DNA of 64,000 nucleotides, from the NCBI GenBank assembly GCA_903916255.1, contig CAIWVW010000006.1, positions 24,026-88,025 on the forward strand. The letters run 5' to 3'. Under the pieces are notes generated by a model. That model worked only from the letters and a program-made list of their open reading frames with translations, searched no databases and had not been told where the DNA came from. Position 1 is the first letter of the stretch, and each line of letters begins with the position of its first letter. The position numbers and the translations under genes were made by a program. Below are positions 57,212 to 64,000 of the stretch, in pieces. The DNA comes from an uncultured Bacteroidota bacterium. GTDB taxonomy: Bacteria > Bacteroidota > Bacteroidia > JABEUT01.

Positions 57212-58672
57212 TCAATTCTGCTTTACCTTTTCAATTTTATCGGCCTTCTTTTCTATTGCTGCACCATTCGTGTCTTTCACTTTGGCTATTTGCGCCATCA
57301 TTTCAGCTTCGGTAGCTATTTTGTCGCCTACGTAGGCGGTACCCTTCATTTTGAAAATTCCGCGTCTTACAGGTTCCATAAGTTCCAAATGGAAGATAAG
57401 TGTATCGCCCGGCACCACCTGGTTGCGGAAGCGTACATTATCTATTTTCATGAAAAAGGTAAGATAATTCTCCGGGTCGGGAACGGTTTTAAGGGCCAGT
57501 ATTCCACCTGTTTGCGCCATGGCTTCTATTTGCAAAACGCCCGGCATAATTGGGTTTCCGGGAAAATGCCCGCGGAAGAAATCTTCGTTCATGGTTACGT
57601 TTTTAACGCCTACCACATGGGTTTCGCTTAGTTCCAATATTTTATCTACCAGCAGGAAAGGAGGGCGGTGCGGCAGTAAATTCATTATTTCGGTTATGCC
57701 GATTAAAGCCGGTGCGCTTGGATTAAACCGTGCAACCCCTTTCCTGAATCGGTCTTTCTTGGCAGCCTCTTTCAGTTTCTTGGCAAATGCCACATTACCG
57801 GAATGGCCCGGCCTTGCTGCCAGAATATGCGCCTTTAGCGGCATACCTACCAAGGCCAAATCGCCTACCATATCCAACAATTTATGGCGGGCAGGTTCAT
57901 TATAAAAATTTAGCTTGGTATTGTTTAATATTCCGGGTGATTTAACTTCTATTTCGCTGCTTTTTTTGTGGAATACCTTAGCGAGATATTCCATCGTTTC
58001 CTTTGGAATTTCCCTATCAACCAATACAATAGCATTATCAAAATCGCCGCCTTTAATCAGGTTGTGCTTTAAGAGTAATTCCAGTTCATGCAGGAATACA
58101 AATGTGCGGCAAGCCGCTACTTCTTTTTTAAATTCATTAACGCTGTAGATGGTTGCATGTTGGGTCCCCAATACTTCCGAGTTATAATCGACCATTACCG
58201 TTAACCTGAATGTTTCCTGCGGCACGGCCAGCATTTCTATATGCCCTTTGGCATCTTCGTAAGTAAGGTTGTCTTTCAGCTCGAAATATACGCGGGGTGC
58301 ATCCTGTTCTACTATTCCGGCACTTTCGAGCGCTTCCACAAACGGCATGGAACTTCCATTCATTATAGGAATTTCAGGGCCGCTTACTTCTATCAGGCAA
58401 TTATCAATTTCCAATCCAACCAAAGCCGCCAAAAGGTGCTCGGTAGTAGCTATTTTTGCTCCGTTTTGTTCCAGGGTTGTGCCTCTCTCGGTATCGGTAA
58501 CGTTATCTACATCAGCATCTATAATAGGTTCACCGGGAAGGTCAACCCTTTTAAACTTATACCAGTGATTGGCCGGTGCAGGTTTAAAGGTTACCGTAGC
58601 TTCTATTCCTGTATGCAAACCCTTGCCTTTTAAGCTAACAGGGTTCTTAATAGTTCGTTGTTTTTCGCTCAT
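57212..58672 (-). CDS. lpxC-fabZ: Bifunctional LpxC deacetylase / FabZ dehydratase
   Basis: GLHTG, TTEHLLAAL, HKLLDMVGD (LpxC); LPHRPPFLLVD, GHFPGNPIMPGVL (FabZ). Confidence 0.97.
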   Translation of the reverse strand: MSEKQRTIKNPVSLKGKGLHTGIEATVTFKPAPANHWYKFKRVDLPGEPIIDADVDNVTDTERGTTLEQNGAKIATTEHLLAALVGLEIDNCLIEVSGPEIPIMNGSSMPFVEALESAGIVEQDAPRVYFELKDNLTYEDAKGHIEMLAVPQETFRLTVMVDYNSEVLGTQHATIYSVNEFKKEVAACRTFVFLHELELLLKHNLIKGGDFDNAIVLVDREIPKETMEYLAKVFHKKSSEIEVKSPGILNNTKLNFYNEPARHKLLDMVGDLALVGMPLKAHILAARPGHSGNVAFAKKLKEAAKKDRFRKGVARFNPSAPALIGITEIMNLLPHRPPFLLVDKILELSETHVVGVKNVTMNEDFFRGHFPGNPIMPGVLQIEAMAQTGGILALKTVPDPENYLTFFMKIDNVRFRNQVVPGDTLIFHLELMEPVRRGIFKMKGTAYVGDKIATEAEMMAQIAKVKDTNGAAIEKKADKIEKVKQN

Positions 58673-58685
58673 TCTATCTTAGTTC

Positions 58686-58773
58686 AAAGTTTGTAAAGTT
58701 CGTAAAGTTTGTAAAGTGAAAGACATTGATTTTACTTTATGAACTTTCAACTTTATAACTTTATAAACTTTAC
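58686..58773. repeat. Short tandem-repeat hairpin (AAAGT units versus ACTTT units)
   Basis: AAAGT at 58686, 58695, 58704, 58713; ACTTT at 58734, 58743, 58750, 58758, 58767. Confidence 0.85.
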
Positions 58774-58803
58774 GGTACAATAATAAGTTTTTTTGCCGGA
58801 ACT

Positions 58804-59838
58804 TTACTTAGAAATTGTCAGGCTTTCTATTTTCGACTCCAGTTCTTTTATTTTCTTGCTCATTTCAGGCAGGTGCCTGAAAATTACGTATGCTTTTTTA
58901 TAATCCATATGGTCCAGGGCAGGGGAGCCTTGTATGGTGCTGTCACTTTCCACATCGGAACCTATACCTGATTGGGCCGCAATTTTAACCCGGTCACCTA
59001 TAGTTAAATGACCCACAATGCCTACTTGTCCGCCAATCATGCAATCGCGGCCTATTTTGGTTGAGCCGGCAACACCTGATTGAGCTGCTATTACAGTGTT
59101 TTCTCCAATTTCTACATTATGGCCTATCTGAATAAGATTATCCAGCTTAACGCCTTTGTGAATAACAGTGGAGCCCATAGTAGCCCTGTCTATGGTAGTA
59201 TTAGAACCTATTTCGACATTATTTTCTATTACTACATTACCTACTTGCGGCATTTTGCGGTAGTTGTTTTCGTCGTTCGGAACGAATCCAAAACCATCTG
59301 AACCTATAACTACGCCGGAATGAAAAGTGCAGTTATCACCAATTACCGAATCACGGTATATTTTAACGCCCGGGTAGATAATGCAGTTTTTCCCAATCTT
59401 GCAGTTTTCGCCAATATAAACCCCAGGATAAATATAAGTGGCTCCATCTATGGTAGTATCTTCCCCTACAAAGGTAAACGAACCTATATATACATTCCCG
59501 GCAAGGGTCGCTTTTGATGAAACATTGGCATCTTTTTCGACTCCGCTTTTTGCAAATTGCTGTTTATGGTAAGCTTCCATTAAAATGGTGAATGCCTGCC
59601 GCGAATCTTTTACTTTAATTAAGGTTGAAGTTCCTTTTTCATCAGTAATGCCATCTGTTATAATAATAACCGAAGCGCCTGTAGTTTTAAGGTAAGGCAC
59701 ATATTTTGGATGAGAAAGGAAAGTAAGCGAACCGGCAGTGGCTTCTTCAATTTTAGCAAGTTTGCTAACCTTGGCAGATGCGTCACCCTCAACTTTTCCG
59801 TTTACTAATGCTGCTATCTGTTGGGCGGTAAATTCCAT
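58804..59838 (-). CDS. lpxD: UDP-3-O-acylglucosamine N-acyltransferase
   Basis: IGSDGFGF, IGSNTTIDRA, KLDNLIQIGHNV. Confidence 0.97.
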   Translation of the reverse strand: MEFTAQQIAALVNGKVEGDASAKVSKLAKIEEATAGSLTFLSHPKYVPYLKTTGASVIIITDGITDEKGTSTLIKVKDSRQAFTILMEAYHKQQFAKSGVEKDANVSSKATLAGNVYIGSFTFVGEDTTIDGATYIYPGVYIGENCKIGKNCIIYPGVKIYRDSVIGDNCTFHSGVVIGSDGFGFVPNDENNYRKMPQVGNVVIENNVEIGSNTTIDRATMGSTVIHKGVKLDNLIQIGHNVEIGENTVIAAQSGVAGSTKIGRDCMIGGQVGIVGHLTIGDRVKIAAQSGIGSDVESDSTIQGSPALDHMDYKKAYVIFRHLPEMSKKIKELESKIESLTISK

Positions 59839-59842
59839 GCCG

Positions 59843-59850
59843 CAAAAGTA
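59843..59850 (-). promoter_or_regulatory. -7 box 4 nt before lpxD ATG
   Basis: TACTTTTG-cggc-ATG. Confidence 0.7.
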
Positions 59851-60169
59851 CTACTAATTATGAAGTTGAGATGAGTATATATAGTGAGTTATGAGCAATT
59901 AGCTGTTAGTTCTATATGTTTGAAATCAGGCTATTGTGGAATGCATCCGCAGTCTTTTTGCAAATACCGGTCCGAGTTATTAACAATTAATTTGCTTTGG
60001 TTTTCATGTTGTTACGATATAAATAGTTAATAACCTTTTCATGTAATTGCAAAAAGTGCGTATCGTGAAAAGCGTATCGCCGTAGTAAAGCCATACCTGA
60101 TAAATAAACACACGCGATTCATATACCCGCAGGCTTTAACACACCCTGCTTATCAAACCTAAACAACCC

Positions 60170-61390
60170 ATGAAAAGAGCATACTTTATTTTACTTCTTA
60201 ACTTTTCCCTATTTACACATTGCTGCCGGGCACAGGTTACCATGGTAGGAATGTCGCAAAAGGGCGGATTCAGCAACCACGGCACAATTTTCAGTGTCAA
60301 TTCTTCGGGAAATATCGAAACACTTTACAATTTTAATGAAGGCATAAACGGTTGTGTTCCGCATAGCGGTTTGGTGCAGGATAGCGATGGAAGTCTTTAT
60401 GGGGTAGCTGCCGGTTGCGGAATTCATAACGTAGGTACATTGATAAAATACAATGGCGAAAATCACGGCATTACCAAATTGGTCGATTTCCATAATACTA
60501 TTGGAGCCAACCCGGTTGGAGATTTGGTGATAGGTTCAGACGGAGCCCTTTACGGTATGACTAACTCAGGCGGAATAAATGATTTCGGTACCATATTCAA
60601 GTGCACCACCGATGGCAAGTTAACTACTATTGCAAACTTTACACGCGGCAACGGCTCTTACCCGAAAGGAAGCCTGGTGAAAGATTGTTGCGGCAATTTT
60701 TACGGCATGACCCGTTTAGGTGGCGATTACGATAAAGGTGTAATATTCAAATGCACATCATCGGGAGTGGTAACGGTGCTGCATAGTTTTAACGGAAACG
60801 ATGGAGCCATGCCCGAAGGCAACCTTATAATTGTGAAAGACAGTTTGCTTTACGGTGTATCTAAAATAGGCGGAAATGGCGGCGGAAGCATATTCCTCTG
60901 TTCCGTTTCGGGAAAATTCATATTGCTCAATAGTTTTAACAACAAAACAGGCATAAAGCCTTCCGGGAGCCTTTTAAATGGCGGAGATGGTTACTTGTAT
61001 GGCGCAACTGATACAGGAGGAGCCTTTAATTACGGCACATTATTTCGTTGCACGGAAAGCGGAAGAATATCGGTATTGGTTAATTTTAACGATACAAATG
61101 GTGCCGACCCACAGGGAACATTATCAAAAGGCCCTGACGGCATAATTTATGGCATGACCCGCTTTGGTGGTGGCTATTCCGATGCCGGAATAATTTTCAA
61201 ATACACTGTTTCGACCGGAAAACTGGAAACCCTAACCGAGTTTACAAGTACGAATGCTCAAATGACATCGGGCAGTTTAACAGAAATGAAGCTGAATACC
61301 GATTTAAAAGAACTTGCCTCCAACAAAAAACTGGGCAAGCACAACACAGTTGCTAAAAAAGGCAGCAGGAGCGGGATGGGGGAGTTGTAG
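60170..61390 (+). CDS. TIGR03803 / GloVer-type tandem repeat protein
   Basis: Repeats of P.GSL..G.DG.LYG.T..GG..D.GTIF; signal peptide; no T9SS CTD visible. Confidence 0.85.
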   Translation: MKRAYFILLLNFSLFTHCCRAQVTMVGMSQKGGFSNHGTIFSVNSSGNIETLYNFNEGINGCVPHSGLVQDSDGSLYGVAAGCGIHNVGTLIKYNGENHGITKLVDFHNTIGANPVGDLVIGSDGALYGMTNSGGINDFGTIFKCTTDGKLTTIANFTRGNGSYPKGSLVKDCCGNFYGMTRLGGDYDKGVIFKCTSSGVVTVLHSFNGNDGAMPEGNLIIVKDSLLYGVSKIGGNGGGSIFLCSVSGKFILLNSFNNKTGIKPSGSLLNGGDGYLYGATDTGGAFNYGTLFRCTESGRISVLVNFNDTNGADPQGTLSKGPDGIIYGMTRFGGGYSDAGIIFKYTVSTGKLETLTEFTSTNAQMTSGSLTEMKLNTDLKELASNKKLGKHNTVAKKGSRSGMGEL

Positions 61391-61574
61391 GATAAAATAT
61401 TTAGAACACTAGTGCAATAATTTCGAGGTTGTTACGTTATTCACGATGTAGCAAACGATATTAGTAACATATTATAATCTAGGTTGGCTCAAGTTCTTTG
61501 TTTCTGGGTATCTACATGAGATATTAGTTGTAATTCTGTCACATTTTATTGTTAACAAAATTAATTTTACAAAT

Positions 61575-61709
61575 ATGAAAACATTACTTCAAGTTCTCTT
61601 TATTCATCTGAGTCTCTCAATGTTTATAACAAGTGTAGGGCAAATATTGTCTCACGTTGGTGGTCAGGCTGCTCCCGACAGGTTTCGCAACCAAAACAAT
61701 CAATTGTAA
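61575..61709 (+). CDS. Candidate 44-aa leader or small peptide
   Basis: MKTLLQVLFIHLSLSMFITSVGQILSHVGGQAAPDRFRNQNNQL*; TAATTTTA box 5 nt upstream; below ORF-track cutoff. Confidence 0.5.
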   Translation: MKTLLQVLFIHLSLSMFITSVGQILSHVGGQAAPDRFRNQNNQL

Positions 61710-61769
61710 TACCCCAAAAGAATAAGACCTTCATGGGAGGAGCTCCCGGTTCAAATCCGGGGCCTGTCG
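61676..61769 (+). ncRNA. tRNA-like element (acceptor-like stem plus T-arm; no D or anticodon arm)
   Basis: CCCGG-TTCAAAT-CCGGG T-arm (61745..61761) directly followed by GCCTGTCG, which pairs with CGACAGGT (61676..61683). Confidence 0.6.
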
Positions 61770-61773
61770 CATT

Positions 61774-61803
61774 AAGCCACGATTTTCATATCGTGGCTTT
61801 TTT
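61774..61803 (+). terminator. Rho-independent terminator
   Basis: AAGCCACGA-TTTTCATA-TCGTGGCTT followed by TTTT. Confidence 0.88.
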
Positions 61804-62147
61804 ATTTCCAGACCCCACCCTCCAAAGCCCAATGCGTTTAATATTTGCCTGTCGGGCCCCGACTTCGGTACCACTAATTAGTGTCAATGGCCAAATCATC
61901 AAATCTGTGTAATTTGTGGCAAGCATTTACCGGGTATTTGCCTGTTATCAAAAATGTCCAAAAATGCTGAAAAAGCAGGACATACTTCAAAGCCATACCC
62001 ATAAAAGGATGCACGCATTTTGCAATTTTCAAATACGCGTAAAACCCGGACATTTCGTCGGAAGGAATTTTGCGGTTTTTGCATGGTTTTAAAACTGAAA
62101 CCGGTTCCTTCAAAATGCAGATATTTGCATAAATCAAGTTTCATTTT

Positions 62148-62777
62148 ATGAAAATAACCCATTTTATTTTAGGAATAGCAACAGTAGCAATATCATCAAT
62201 TAAAGTTATGGCTCAAACCAGTGATGACCCATTGGCTACCTGGGATAAAGCAGTACTTCAACAAGCCAACACGGCTGAGGCGGTAACGTACCTTACTGAT
62301 GAAGAAAAGAAACTGATATTCTATACGAATCTTTGCCGATTGCAGCCCAAATTGTTTTGCCAAACTGTGCTGGAGGACTATTTGAAAAAGCATCCTGATT
62401 TGAATAAAGGCTCGGTAGGGTTAAGGCGCACCTTATTGGCCGACAAACGCTCTGGTGCCCTTGTACCTGATGAAGAGTTTACAAAAATGGCAAAAGCTTA
62501 TGCCGAAAAAATGGGCAAAGAAGGTAAAGAAGGCCACATCGACTTTGAGCAGCGCATGAAGCCCTTTATGAAAAAATATATGCGGGTAGGCGAAAATTGC
62601 GACTATGGCAATGAACAGGGGTTAGATGCTTTTATGCGCCTGCTGGTTGACCAAAGCGACCCGGTAAACCTTGGGCACCGTAAAAACCTGTTGGATGCAA
62701 ATTTTAAAGCGATAGGAGTTGCAGGTGCGCCCCACAAAACCTATCGCTTTAATTATGTTATGGATTTCGGTGGATGA
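62148..62777 (+). CDS. CAP (SCP-like) domain protein
   Basis: Signal peptide; GHIDF..R; VGENCDYG; LLVD..GHRKNLL..F..IGV. Confidence 0.9.
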   Translation: MKITHFILGIATVAISSIKVMAQTSDDPLATWDKAVLQQANTAEAVTYLTDEEKKLIFYTNLCRLQPKLFCQTVLEDYLKKHPDLNKGSVGLRRTLLADKRSGALVPDEEFTKMAKAYAEKMGKEGKEGHIDFEQRMKPFMKKYMRVGENCDYGNEQGLDAFMRLLVDQSDPVNLGHRKNLLDANFKAIGVAGAPHKTYRFNYVMDFGG

Positions 62778-62846
62778 GTTTGATACGGATTGGAGAAAAC
62801 AGTTTAACCACTGCCTAGCTCAGACAACCCAATACTCATCTATTAT

Positions 62847-64000
62847 TTACAGCCATTGGAAGATGCCCGAAACCCCGTTAAATTTGCCGTTAAAATTATG
62901 CAAAGGATTAGGGCCTCCTCCTGTTCCGCCCTCTTTGGGTGGCAATACCTTTAGTTTATTTTTATACTTGGTGTTGTATTCTTTCATCAGCGATTCTTCT
63001 TTAAACTGGGCCTGTGAAACCTCTCCATCCAGCATCTTTATATTTTCCATTTGCAGGTTAGTTGGCCTAGCTTCCTGAAAACATACCGTTGCGTATACTT
63101 TGGTTATTCTTTCACGCAGCCTTTCTTCATCGGCAAATATAGATGTTTGCTTATTGGCAAGCATACGGCCCTTAAAGGCTTTCAGGGTATCCAGGAATAC
63201 TCCAAGTTTTTTATCCGATTTGTTATTTTCCACCAGTTTTTTAACGGCGTCGATTGCTCCATTAATGCTGTCTACGGCTGAAGCAAGCGCCTCATGCATT
63301 TGCATACATTTAAGTGCGGCGGCATATTGGGCATTGCGGTCGTCATCCGTCATTTTGCCGCTGGTTGGGGCAACTACATTTATGTTTTCGCTATAAGTAG
63401 AGTCTCCAACATATAATTTTATGGTGTATTTACCCGGCAGCACCATCGGAGCAATAAATCCACCCTGGTCCATCTTGGTTCCTCCGGTAGCCGTTTTAGG
63501 CCCGGTGCCACGCAAATCCCATGTAACTTTGTTTAAGCCTTTGCGCTTGGTAGCGGGTAGTTCGCGAAGTTGTTTTCCGTTGGCATCGAATATCTTAATA
63601 GATACATCACCCATCATTACGCGTTTTTTCAAATAATATTGAATAGGTGTAATTTCATCTGCATTGCCGCAAACCCAGCCGTCGTGTTCCGGAAAGCCGC
63701 CTTCATACTTGCCAAATGTAAGTTCAAGGTTTTTAATAGGGTAGAGAAACACATCCTTATTAGCCACTTCTGATGACATATTGCGGATAGCGGTAATATC
63801 ATCCACAATCATAATGCCACGGCCATAAGTAGCCAGAATTAAGTCGTTGGTGCGGGGGTGAATTTGCATATCGCGAACTGGGCAATAATCAGGTATATGG
63901 TTCTTCATCCGGAACCAGTCATCACCGCCGTTAATGCTGCAAAACAAGCCTCTTTCTGTTCCCAGGAATAGGAGGTTTTTGTTTTTCAGGTCTTCTTTAA
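62847..64000 (-). CDS. BNR/VPS10-like glycosyl hydrolase family protein, C-terminal part (continues past right edge)
   Basis: Frame open to the edge: KEDLKNKNLLFLGTERGLFCSINGGDDW; DLILATYGRGIMIVDDI; GLNKVTWDLR; VLPGKYTIKL. Confidence 0.85.
   Translation of the reverse strand, partial: KEDLKNKNLLFLGTERGLFCSINGGDDWFRMKNHIPDYCPVRDMQIHPRTNDLILATYGRGIMIVDDITAIRNMSSEVANKDVFLYPIKNLELTFGKYEGGFPEHDGWVCGNADEITPIQYYLKKRVMMGDVSIKIFDANGKQLRELPATKRKGLNKVTWDLRGTGPKTATGGTKMDQGGFIAPMVLPGKYTIKLYVGDSTYSENINVVAPTSGKMTDDDRNAQYAAALKCMQMHEALASAVDSINGAIDAVKKLVENNKSDKKLGVFLDTLKAFKGRMLANKQTSIFADEERLRERITKVYATVCFQEARPTNLQMENIKMLDGEVSQAQFKEESLMKEYNTKYKNKLKVLPPKEGGTGGGPNPLHNFNGKFNGVSGIFQWL

Noticed and set aside
59930-59970. 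Hairpin plus T-run upstream of the repeat protein (riboswitch or terminator)
   Set aside because: Short wobble-rich stem, no aptamer consensus and no upstream plus-strand transcript evident
61676-61772. Canonical tRNA or tRNA-Sec
   Set aside because: The 8-bp plus 5-bp stem and about 94-nt length resemble tRNA-Sec, but no D-stem, anticodon arm or variable arm can be drawn; the only TCA lies in the wrong position and there is no encoded CCA
61874-62162. Two 87-aa minus-strand ORFs upstream of the CAP gene
   Set aside because: No motifs or leader features; they overlap the CAP gene's promoter region
1-64000. Prophage, IS element, integron or defence island
   Set aside because: No integrase, transposase, phage structural, restriction-modification, toxin-antitoxin or cas motifs recognised in any ORF

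Overview
64-kb chromosomal window from a Bacteroidota bacterium (TAnnTTTG -7 promoters, gldD, fused lpxC-fabZ, T9SS C-terminal domains). Left to right: a CHASE3-PAS sensor locus; a MarR-isochorismatase-MFS operon; two GT-C protein-glycosyltransferase homologues (DUF2723/TMEM260-like and TMTC-like); a TetR-controlled ABC-2 efflux operon whose TolC gene has one in-frame TAG; a Wzm/Wzt polysaccharide locus with 3 methyltransferases and 7 glycosyltransferases; a CzcCBA-type RND pump with a two-component system; gldD-deacylase-GIN genes; an RRM protein; an acyltransferase; three T9SS cargo genes; a REC-Crp/Fnr regulator with a CHASE3-PAS kinase; lpxD-lpxC/fabZ-lpxA; a TIGR03803-type repeat protein; a CAP protein; and a partial BNR/VPS10-like protein. 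No rRNA, canonical tRNA, CRISPR array or transposase was seen. The strongest unannotated signals: (1) two tandem 75-nt hairpin RNAs sharing a 20-nt core next to the Crp/Fnr gene, one behind a promoter with an FNR-like box at -41.5; (2) a candidate Crp/Fnr-type regulon that includes two paralogous small membrane proteins; (3) a 44-codon ORF overlapping a tRNA-like acceptor/T-arm element followed by a terminator. All folds, alignments and family calls were made by eye, not by computation.
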